Both the position numbers and the translations under genes were made by a program. Source: Phoronis australis (taxonomy: Eukaryota; Animalia; Phoronida). Taken from it: a DNA stretch of 64,000 nucleotides. The stretch lies in assembly GCA_002633005.1 (NCBI GenBank), contig NMRA01000423.1:137294-201293 (forward strand), read 5' to 3'. Below are positions 53,237 through 64,000 of this stretch, one piece after another. Below the pieces are notes generated by a model. That model was not told the origin of the DNA and ran no database searches. It saw only the letters and a list, made by a program, of their open reading frames with translations. Each line of letters opens with the position of its first letter. Position 1 is the stretch's first letter.

Positions 53237-54535
53237 CTGGAGAATAACAGAGACAATGTGAGCTTTTGACACTTTTTAAGAACACCGCGAGAAGTCTCCA
53301 GTGTAGCACTGAATTGTAGAAAGTTGTATCATATTCACTACCAATGCAGGAAACTCGTTTCAAAGAAATATTGTCATCAGGTTTACATAACACAACCGGA
53401 TACTGCTACGTGTGTACAATTTCATGTAGGATCCTCAAAAATGTCCAAATTTGGCAAACTTTGGAGCTTTATATCTCCAAAATAGCTTATCGGATTTATA
53501 TGAAACTTTAAGACGTCATAATTCATACGCTGTTTTCAACAACGCTGCTAGGGATTGTTTTTGAAATTTTCCACTTCTGCATGGCGGCCTATCAGAAAAT
53601 GTGACTTTCATGATTTTTATGATGAAAACGAGATTAGAAAACTGTACGTAACTTTTTTGAGATTTCCTCCTGAACTTTGGCAGGGTATTGATTTGGTTGT
53701 TCTGGAATCGGCATATATTCTTCTTTTGCCAAATTTTACTAAATAGGCAAGGCCAGGTGACACAAGTAATGTCAGATTGGTAAATAGTAAAAAATCAAAT
53801 TCTGCAAGCTTCCTACTTTTTTAATAGAATACTTTTACTTTTATAAAATCCATAGTTTTGGGTTATTCAGCTCAATATACAGACAGCCTTATTAATATGG
53901 TCCTACATAATATAGCCTTACGACTACAGGAATACTGCAGTAGTACTTGAACAAGCTTCATAGAGTCAAATTTGCCTAGAACGGGTAAGAAAGCAATGAG
54001 CTTCATTGCTGTTGGTATTGTGCCAGCATCATGTTGCATTTCATTCAATGTTTATCTGGCTAAAAACAAAAACCAGTCTCAATTAACTGTGATAGGATTA
54101 CATTCTGCTACCAAATGAAGTCACAGGCAATACGTACATGCGCCTTTTTCAATCTCGCAATTTTAAGGACGGCCAACCCCCAAAACTCTCAAGCGTTTTT
54201 GTGTGCCGCTGGTGGCATTGGCGTTTTGTCGATCGTGTAAATATAATCTCGTCATGGTAAGAAATATTATGAGAGCAAGTTATGATAGTAAACAGACCCA
54301 TTCGATTTTCGTTTTTAGCCAGCTCAGCAGTAGGTGTTCACCTCTTGGCCCACTTGACTTTGTCAATACTGACAAAGAGCTGCTTGTGAACAGACATGTA
54401 CAGGTCGTGTACTAAGCTAGAACACCTTGCACCCAATGGTTCAGGTATGGAGAGACTGGGGCACCCAAGCACTCCCTAGATCAGTCATTGAGCTTAAATG
54501 TGAGACAGAATGCCATTTAAAGTACAATGTTTTAC

Positions 54536-54670
54536 CTTTACACAATCCATAGCGAGGCTGCGATGATCCACTCCGATGTCTGTGATGATGACCTCATAGT
54601 ACCCCTCTAGGTGAATGGGGGTATAGAAGAGTGATCCAAAGTACATTGAATTGTCGACTTCCCCAAGGAT
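54536..54670 (-). CDS. BACE1: BACE-like aspartic protease exon
   Basis: ILGEVDNSMYFGSLFYTPIHLEGYYEVIITDIGVDHRSLAMDCVK. Confidence 0.94.
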
Positions 54671-55525
54671 CTGACCAAAAACAGCAGTGAGACAGAGAAA
54701 CTAGCAAGGGCAAAAACTCTATGGTGATTGTTATGATACAATAGTCCATAATTACTCTAGCTAGGATACAGGAGCGCCTGGGATAAACGTGGAAAGATGG
54801 CACGGCTTAAAGCAGCTATAAACCTGCGTTCGGTCCTACAAGCAAAATTTTGATTTAGTCCGCTAACTGCTATAAAATTGGTCTCAACTTGTTCCTTACA
54901 CAGACAATTTCTGGGTTTGCAATCAACTGCCAGTATGGTATTCCATAAGAATATGCTTGGCACATAAAATAACATGCTGTAATAAACAAAACTTGAAATG
55001 CCAAGGTCTCACGCAATAATAGTTTTTTGTAAGCCTTGAAATCACTTACAATTTGACTATTGACACCAATTTGAGACCAGGTATGTGACAAATTGTCTAA
55101 ATCAAAATTTTTTTGTGACAGAAGATGAGTTTGTTGGTGCTTGAATCGTCAAAGCTGTATGTTTTTGTAAATATGCATCACTTTTTACCAGTTTTGAATA
55201 AGAGACATTATCATTATGGTTACATACAGCCGATTGTTACAGAAAGGTCAACTTCAAAATGTGTTGCTTAACATAACTGGGTTGAGTCACTAGTACTTAA
55301 ACATTACTAATGAGAAAATGGCCTTTCTAACACAACATCTTTGTCAAAATTAATTCGAAATTTAAAAGAAAAATAAAGCCGCTTGATTTGCAAGAGTTTG
55401 GCTGGTTTCTTAGCTGCACTCCAAATCAGGTAAACTTTGAATGCAATCAACTGGAGAATTCTACAGTGCGTAAGATGATCACTCATGAAAGTGTTTACTT
55501 AAGTCAGAAAAGTGGCACCACTCAC

Positions 55526-55657
55526 CAAGGTTCCTCCTATGCCATCATCGGTCCTATTTGGAGTGTCAACAATGCCACATAGTAACATAGAAAACTCATT
55601 CGGTATACCAAACTTTTCAACAATGCGATCAAAGTATGGCACAACACTGGAATCAGG
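55526..55657 (-). CDS. BACE1: BACE-like aspartic protease exon
   Basis: PDSSVVPYFDRIVEKFGIPNEFSMLLCG..GIGGTL; ttttag acceptor, gtgagt donor. Confidence 0.93.
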
Positions 55658-56496
55658 CTAAAAGAAAATATATTATAACACATAAAGACTATGTTTTAAA
55701 GAAAGAAGCACTTAAAGAACATATAACTGTTACATCAAAGGTAAAAAAGTTTTCATGTTGCATACAGTACACAAAGCATTTCCTGAACAGTGTTCTTAAA
55801 AGTTTATCATTTTGGGCTTGGAGGGGTGACTAGTCCCATGGTGGCTTAGAATTGGGCAGATGGTGGTATATCATGAAAGTCATTGACACACAGTTGGCCT
55901 TTAGGAACTTAATGCAAGGTCAGTGAAAGCAATTGTTGTTAACCCTGATGTTCTTAGCCATACAACTATCCCAGGTGGACTGTGTAACTAAACACAGCTT
56001 AACAAAGGGTTTATGGTCCTGACTGAGGAGATAATTGTTTAATTTATTACTCCATGTGGATTCTTGAATAGCTGAGCCCAGAATGTGTTTTCATAACTAC
56101 ACAGGGTCACTTGCAAAGCATTTGTGGACCATTTTCGGAAAATTTTTCCAAAACAGCGTCCACACAGCCAAAGCTGGGATTATGTTCCTTTACTCAGCCA
56201 TGGAGACAATAGAGAGGCAGACAAATCTCACAGCAGCCAGTGGCGGGCATTGTTGTTTTGTGGACATCAACGCTCCAAACTGGCATGTGTGACAGAAGAA
56301 AATAAGGTGGTCCAGTTTGTAAATAAGCAACAGAGCTTTCAATGCTGCATACAGCTACAGCAAGTCAGTTGACTTCAACCTTTTTTCGCTTCCGCAGTGA
56401 TAAAGATAGGGGAAATATACGATTGAAACAAAATGACTTCTTGTGAGAAGCTGTTGCCAGACAACTCATGATGTGAGCAGTCTAACAAAACACTCC

Positions 56497-57190
56497 AGGG
56501 CCCGGTCTCCAATCTCCGTACTCAGACTCGAATCATGCTCAAACTCACACTTCATACTCAACTCGAGTACAGACTCAGCTTTGGTGTATTCAATGTCATA
56601 CTCGAAAAATCTGTACTCGAAATTTCGAGCACGTACTCAATTTTCGAGTATACTCGAAGCGAAGTGTATTTCATCCATATTTCGAGTACGATTTTGAGTA
56701 AAAATTCCGAGTATATGCTCTAAATTTCAAGTTTGGTATGGCAGTGTGCTTGAAATCGTACTCGAAAATAAATACGAGCCAGAGAACAAAATATCGAAAG
56801 GGAACCAAGAAANNNNNNNNNNNNNNNNNNNNNNNNNNNNNNNNNNNNNNNNNNNNNNNNNNNNNNNNNNNNNNNNNNNNNNNNNNNNNNNNNNNNNNNN
56901 NNNNNNNNNNNNNNNNNNNNNNNNNNNNNNNNNNNNNNNNNNNNNNNNNNNNNNNNNNNNNNNNNNNNNNNNNNNNNNNNNNNNNNNGGTCTATTCCAAT
57001 AGGGAGCGATGAATCAGCGCGGCTTTGCGTGATTTTGCATTTCACATCATAAAGAGTTCCATAGCAACTCGAGTATGAGTGTCAGATTTGAGTACGTTTG
57101 GAGTCTACTCGAAATACGACATTAGATACGCTTTTTTGAGTACGACTCCAGTAAGCACGATTTTGAGTATGGAATCTCGAGTATGAGTCG
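56497..57190. mobile_element. MITE, same family as 24017-24375 (opposite orientation, spans an N gap)
   Basis: Near-identical reverse complement of both halves of the 24-kb copy; far TIR missing. Confidence 0.85.
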
Positions 57191-58328
57191 TAATATGTAT
57201 GTTGCCTTGCCACCCTCATTTATGTTCTTTGCTCTGATTTTTGTTTCGGGACAGGAAATAAGGCAAGCAAACATTTCTCATATTCTATCATTACACTGTG
57301 GTTGGAATGGAGTTAATGGGGTGTTATTTTGGGTTAAATAAATGGCTTCATTCTTACATTTACTTTAAGAAGTTGACCATTACTTACCCACCGATGTCGG
57401 CCTGAATATGCATGTAACTAACAGTTGATAGTCGATTTAATAAAATGTGAGTTGATAAATGACTTTTTCCTGGTTTATACGAACTGGAGGGCATCAGAAA
57501 AAATACTGCTCCGTGATGGACTGTGTATTCAATAGGCATCTGGTGACTTGGCTGCTATTTTACAGCCTATCCTATGTTTATTACTTCCCAGACCTCTCCC
57601 TAGACAAAATCCTGCAGGCTCTGTACCTGCCCCCTTCCACTTGGTCACTACCGATACAATGTAATTACACTCTGCTTATGATGTACTTCCCAAAATTTTC
57701 ATTGGCTTCACTGCCCAAATTTTTTCTTGATTTACGAGTTTTACCTTAATGTGTACTTTTTAATAAAACATTTAACAATATTTTGAACAAAAGGCAATTC
57801 ACAATAATAAGTTTACAATTGGCAACGTTTTGCATACTTCCTGACCACACACACCAGCTAGGTGTCGCTACAGTCCAGGAAGCAATGACGCCATTGTCAA
57901 ATCTGGTTACGCTTACAATCAATTTGACTTTCCTCAACCCATTTTTTCAGAAAACTCAATTTTTGAATTCTGGTAAATAGCAATTTACACACAACACTAT
58001 GCATCAAAGGAAGTCAAGATGTTCTATTGCTGTGATACAAAACAATGAACATTCCAAAAATGACGACACGTGTTTTAAAAAAGCCACATTTGTCACTGTC
58101 ACGTTATTTTCTTTATCAAAATTGGAGAATTCAACTGCCATGGTGTCTTTAATGCGAATTTTTGACATCAGCCCCTCATGAAGACAGAATTCACTAATAG
58201 TAAGGCGTTGTTGTCGGTTGACAATTTTTATTTATACTCATTCAAACTTACTTACTGTACATTTGTCAATCATCCTCAGGACAATGCGTTGGGTCTCTTG
58301 GTGGACTTCTCTTTTGTTGTCCAGAGGA

Positions 58329-58818
58329 CAGGGCTTGAAATGACCAATGACAAAAAACGCGGAAACTTTTACGGCCCAAATCATGCCCGATAACCAGCCT
58401 TGAAATGGTCAATGTGAACCTTTCCCCAACAAAAATCAGGAGGACTTAAAAAAAAGACGTTACCACCATCAGTAGCATGCGTCTGCGCTCGCCCGTCCAC
58501 TCCCAACCCACACATTTTTGGCTGCAGAGCGGTAGTATTTGTCGCCGCGCTTAACAATAACACGAGACGNCCATTGAAAATCACACCACGCTGTCCCAGC
58601 TGCCCCGGCAATGTTGACAATTTACGTTCCTCCGAAACATAAAGAGCAACTTCCGCTTTTCGAGGTGAACGTCGTCTGCAACGCCGCGGTAAGAAAGGAA
58701 TTTGCCGCGGAAATTTTATATCAAATCCGATTTTTTTACGCGGAAATATTATAAAAAAGCGGAAAGCACATTTGAAAAAAGCGGAAATCCGCGTTTCCGC
58801 GGAAAATTCCAAGCCCTG
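58329..58818. mobile_element. hAT-like MITE with 6-bp target duplication
   Basis: agagga|cagggcttgaaat ... attccaagccctg|agagga; subterminal cgcggaa repeats. Confidence 0.75.
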
Positions 58819-58968
58819 AGAGGATGATCAACTAATACACAGAGTACATAATTATGAAAAATTGTCAACAACCGACAAAATCGCAGTGTATTTAATGAAT
58901 TCTTTTCAAACATTTAATTTGAAATATCATGACTTCAGTCTAGCCATGACTGCGAGATATTCACTTAC

Positions 58969-59188
58969 ATTGGCGATATCACTGTAAGCCAAGCCAAAGA
59001 TGCCATGCCACCCTGACCCTTTGATGAAGAAATGCTTGGAGCTTGTGATGAATGCAATGTCTGCCCGAACAGACGTTACATTGGTCAAACCAGGCAAAGC
59101 AATGAAGTCCGAAGCAAGAAAACCATGCCAGTACCCCTGTATATAGCGTATGTCCACTTCTTTGTTCAGGTCAACAAAGGTTGATGAG
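58969..59188 (-). CDS. BACE1: BACE-like aspartic protease exon (flap)
   Basis: SSTFVDLNKEVDIRYIQGYWHGFLASD..FFIKGSGWHGIFGLAYSDIAN. Confidence 0.95.
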
Positions 59189-59536
59189 CTGGAATGTAAT
59201 CATAAACACAGTTAGATGTGAACAAGTTATGAACACTGCAGATTATGAACAAGTTATGAACACTCCAGATTATGATGCAAGCCATTAGGGTGATTCCATC
59301 TACGACACTGCTGTCCTTTTTCAAATGCATTGTGGGACGATTGTCTGCTTGTGATTAAGCCGTGAATCGCTGATAACTTGGTGACACGTGAACAATAAGT
59401 TGGAAAACAAACACACCTGTCACTTGAGCACATCAGAATTCAAAGCACAGTTCCACCAGTGCAACAGTCTTTTTGGTGGGATTACCGACACCAAACCAGC
59501 AAACTGTTTAGAGCCAGAATTCGCAAGTCACGACTA

Positions 59537-61037
59537 CCGTAATCGTTCGGGTTAACGCCCATGCTCAGTTAACCGTCCACCCCCTACTTTAGGTGAATTT
59601 CGATTTAACCGCCCACTGCTCGGTTAACCGCCCACCTGCTATTTTGGAAGATTTCCAATTAACCGCCCACTGCTCGGTTAACCGCCCATCCCCTACTTTT
59701 GCCGATTGGTGATTACCGCCCTGTGCTAATAGGAAACGCGAATCCCCGATCGATGATAACATTGAGTGCAACGACGGCCTCAGAGACCGCGGTTTAGCAA
59801 TGTGAATTATGATACCAGTAACAAATTATTGTAACGGGTCATCGATTAACTTCAAAATGTAATACTTGAACACTTTGTCACTTTCTTTTCTTCTCATGTT
59901 CGCAAACTTTAGGAACCGCGCTGGCGTCTACACCTCCACTTTCAGCCACAATCTCTGCCGCACTGAGTTATCGACTACAGTGCACTATATAAAAGATGCA
60001 TTCGAAATAACCAGGTCAGANNNNNNNNNNNNNNNNNNNNNNNNNNNNNNNNNNNNNNNNNNNNNNNNNNNNNNNNNNNNNNNNNNNNNNNNNNNNNNNN
60101 NNNNNNNNNNNNNNNNNNNNNNNNNNNNNNNNNNNNNNNNNNNNNNNNNNNNNNNNNNNNNNNNNNNNNNNNNNNNNNNNNNNNNNNNNNNNNNNNNNNN
60201 NNNNNNNNNNNNNNNNNNNNNNNNNNNNNNNNNNNNNNNNNNNNNNNNNNNNNNNNNNNNNNNNNNNNNNNNNNNNNNNNNNNNNNNNNNNNNNNNNNNN
60301 NNNNNNNNNNNNNNNNNNNNNNNNNNNNNNNNNNNNNNNNNNNNNNNNNNNNNNNNNNNNNNNNNNNNNNNNNNNNNNNNNNNNNNNNNNNNNNNNNNNN
60401 NNNNCAGCATTTTATTGGGAAACCATGCGTTCACAGCGCAAACTCGACATTTTTGTTATTGAGAAAACGCATTTTTACAAAAGAGAATCGGTTGTCTAAC
60501 GTTTCATGTGCGTCAACAACGCAAACCAGACCCACTCATTGAAAAGCCCATATTTGTCACCAGGAAGACTCTTCGCAACGCAGCCCGATATTTCAAGTGG
60601 GATAGCGCAGTTTTGAAAAGATTCCGTCACTTGCGGAGAACGGTTTTTGAGCATCGGCAATGCAAGCCGAATATTTCATATTGAGAAAGCACATCTTTGA
60701 AAAGAAGAACCAACACTTGTTGGGAACGGTCTTTGTGCGTCGACGGCGCACATTTCTTATTGGGAAAGCCAGATTTTCAAAAATTAATCGCTCAGACCAT
60801 TTGAGTCTCATTTACCTGCAATTATACTGCTATCAAATGACCGAGCCAGCATTGTTGATGCTACGACCGCTCATCGAAATAATGTACACCCACGAAATTC
60901 GGACACTAGCGGAAACCCAAATTTGGAGGTTCGCCAAATTCGGACACCACAAAATGATATTTCGCGAGATTCGTCCAAGAATGAATTTTTTCTATTGGAA
61001 TTAATTTTCAGTGTCCGAAAATCACGCGACTTTACCG
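59537..61037. mobile_element. Two TA-targeting TIR-element ends on either side of an N gap
   Basis: Left TA|ccgtaatcgttcggg with ttaaccgccca repeats; right gtccgaaaatcacgcgactttaccg|TA; the two ends do not match. Confidence 0.65.
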
Positions 61038-61276
61038 TACTGACACCAAACCAGCAAACTGTTTTTAGCCAGAATTCGCAAGTCACGACTACTTGCTTTA
61101 CAGTAAATAACATAAACCTTAATAATTAAGAAACTCTCTAATAGCAGGCAAATGAACCTTTGTGCTAAGCGTGCCAAATAATAATTCATTTCTTAAAAAT
61201 AAGAAAAAACCATCTTTGTATAGACACAAGCTGAACATTTCCCTTGAACCTAGAATTAGTAGAGTTTGGAACTTAC

Positions 61277-61371
61277 CGAGATGAGTCAAAGAATTTGGTC
61301 ACAGCATCTTGATCATCGGCAGCAGCTGCCACAGCAAAGTTTGAAGAACCAGTATCTAACAGAATATTCAG
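61277..61371 (-). CDS. BACE1: BACE-like aspartic protease exon (first catalytic Asp); upstream exons not found in the window
   Basis: LNILLDTGSSNFAVAAAADDQDAVTKFFDSSR. Confidence 0.95.
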
Positions 61372-62929
61372 CTACAAAAAATTAAAAATAACAATAGTAA
61401 TAAAGATGACAACAAGTATAACGATAACCATTATGACAGTAAAAAAATTATTCATAGAGGATAAAATACAAGATTTAAAAACAGCCAAAGGTTAATCTAC
61501 AGCATGGTCCTCTTACAGGCAACAAATTAAATTAAAAAATTAAATTAAATTAAATGAATGTTATTTAAATGAATATTGAAAAATTTGAATTAAAAACAAA
61601 TTAAAACTTTTATAGGATACATACAATGAATTTTAGGCAGCACTGAAAAAAGCCGGGCGCTAAAAGCCCCTCAGCCCCCTACATGTATGCACTGCTAGCG
61701 CCACCAAGTAGCAATTAATAAGCAATGGTCAAGGACGAAATGTGAGAACAATGGCAAAGGGTGCCTTTTGCAGTGCAAATTGCACAGATTCATCCCCAAA
61801 AATACGAGAAATTGTAATTTTTTATGTTTCCTAAGGATCTTAAAGGTAAGGGTTATTTGTTATTCAGTAACTTGATACACTGTTCACACTCCTTGCTTCC
61901 ATGGCAACTGAGACCAAGAAAGGTACATGTAAGATGTTTATATTTCATTTTTACTACTTCAGTATATTTACCGTATTGTAAGTTTTGGTGGGATATTATG
62001 TCTAAGATAGTAATCAGGCTAGAGTTGTTTGCCTCTGGGACTTGGCAGCTACTACATGGGGTTCCTTAACAGCATGACTGCACCAAGTTTTAGAAAGCGT
62101 GTCACTGTAACATCAGAGGAGTAATTCTGCAAGTTTAGGCATATAAATTGTCTCAGTTTACCAGTAGTGTCTGAATTGTTTTAACACAATTAATTTACAA
62201 CTCTAAAGTCTTAGAACTTTGGTTAAAACTTTATTTCACTCAAATTATAGTATCTAACAAACCTCCTAAAATTTCGTCATGCAAACAGGCTAGGAACACA
62301 ATAGTTCAAACTCAGTGGCAGTGCTTGATGACCCATAGGTCATTGCAATAGCCTATGGTTTAACTCTCTTTACCTATTATATACCTTGTTGAATAGTGCT
62401 GATGACATCATGTCAACAATAAAACATTTCTAGACTTAAACTGTCATGAAATAGGAGCCTTAAATGTATTTACTGAGTAGGTGTGATTCCATTGTTTCCT
62501 GAAGACCAGACACAAAAATGTTAAATATGTCCTTTTGATTAGCTATAGAATATGCGAACAGAAGGTCAAACATGCGGGCCACAAATTCCAAACAGAATTC
62601 TATGCAAAAGTAGCACAAATGATTCCACAGCTAGTCTCGTCATAACTGAGGTCCAAAGGCAGACATGGGCGTTGTAACTAAATGAATAAACCTTAATACA
62701 TAACACTATTTTGGGTTCTAGCGACACTCAAAGCAACTGACGTCTTGACAGCCAAAAGTTCAGAACCTCAATGAAACAATGACCCTAGCAGCTAAACAGG
62801 ATCATAAGCAAAGCTAGCTCCATCTATAATCTGTACTTCAACTAACAGGGAACCCTACATCCTTCCACCTGAGCTGGGTTCTAACTCAACTCCCAACCCA
62901 ATTACAAGGTCAAATATAAAGCTGCAATA

Positions 62930-63500
62930 CGGTAAAGTCGCGTGATTTTCGGACGGCCCGCCATTTTCGACCAAGAATAAATATTTCCGAAATGAGTTTT
63001 TCATGGTCCACGAAATTCGTACAAGGTCCAAAAACTGTTTTTCAATGATCCTCGAATTTCGGACAATGTTATAAACGTCGGATTTTTGTCCCGCGACTTT
63101 CGGACAAGGAAAATTTTAGAAACGCTAATTCGTTAGGATCGACGCAACTCCCGTATCACTAAAGCGTTCAACGGATGATTACTACTCGATAAGGCTTGAA
63201 TCTGAGAATTGGGGTAACGGGCTTTGTAATTTTTACCTTGTCTTGACGATGTCATGACCGTTACTCGATTGTCTTGCGTTTAGCTTGAGTTTGGCGCTTT
63301 AGCTATGAAAAAAGTCACCGAGTCTCGCATGACGAAAATTTCTGATGAAAATACAAATGGGAAATACACGGAAGGCTGCAGTTTTTCGTTGTAGCGTAAC
63401 ATGTGCTCTGGTTTAATTAGACCGTGTTGTTCAACTTCCGACTGTGACATTGAACTTGCACGCCTCAACTTGCGTGTTTACGAAGCGTTTTTATTTTTAA
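62930..63500. mobile_element. TA-targeting TIR element, left end only
   Basis: TA|cggtaaagtcgcgtgattttcggac is the exact reverse complement of 61013-61039; right boundary not seen. Confidence 0.6.
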
Positions 63501-64000
63501 AACGTCCTGGCCTTTGCAAATGCCCTTGTTAGTGGCTAAAATCTCCCGACGACGTGTCTGGATTTTATTCTTGACGTGATGAGAAATATTTTTTGTTTAG
63601 GCCCCCATACACAATAGGTCACAGCTAAGTATGTCCGTAGGATATCGCGCGTTCAAAGTAGTGTAGATAGTGAACAGCAGCAGCCGAATGAGACGGAGCC
63701 AAAGTAAAACTGGTTAAAAATCAAACATAGCGCAAGGCCCAGCACTCAGAAAGGGGCGCGGCGCACACGCAATTGTTACAGAGACATTGCATCCCTGTCC
63801 TATGTTGTGTAAGTGCCGGTGTGCTATAACACATATCAAAAACTAATGTACATCCACGTAACCACGTTTCACTACCCTTACAAATTGTCTGCTGCTCTCT
63901 GATAAGCATCGCAGATGCAAGAATCTCGCTAAAGAAGATAGTGTGATCGTGTGCTTCGTTTGCAATGCCTCACCATACGTCTCGACGTCTTAAGTCTAGC

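Noticed and set aside
56671-60462. ORFs containing X runs
   Set aside because: Artefacts of N gaps

Overview
AT-rich, intron-rich invertebrate animal genomic DNA (lophotrochozoan- or amphioxus-like by inference) with two N gaps. Four spliced genes can be assembled by hand with GT-AG junctions and consistent reading phase. (1) Minus strand, 13656->3382: a secreted signal peptide/coiled-coil/2xTSP1/fibrinogen-domain protein, about 438 aa. (2) Plus strand, 16556->23021, head-to-head with gene 1: a p75NTR/NGFR-like TNF-receptor-superfamily protein, about 353 aa. It has no death domain, and its tail carries a textbook calcineurin-docking PxIxIT motif (PTIVIT), two TRAF-type TxEE motifs and an acidic dileucine. 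(3) Plus strand, about 30247->40050: a dihydropyrimidinase, about 491 aa, with all metal ligands intact but divergent substrate loops. (4) Minus strand, >61371->50274: a BACE-type membrane aspartic protease whose 5' exon(s) were not found in the window. Introns and intergenic DNA hold many MITE families, LINE relics, a Tc1 relic and a Sola3 element just downstream of the BACE stop codon. The best candidate for a new system is the death-domain-less p75-like receptor that may recruit calcineurin directly, paired divergently with a TSP1-fibrinogen secreted protein. All gene models are manual and lack transcript support.
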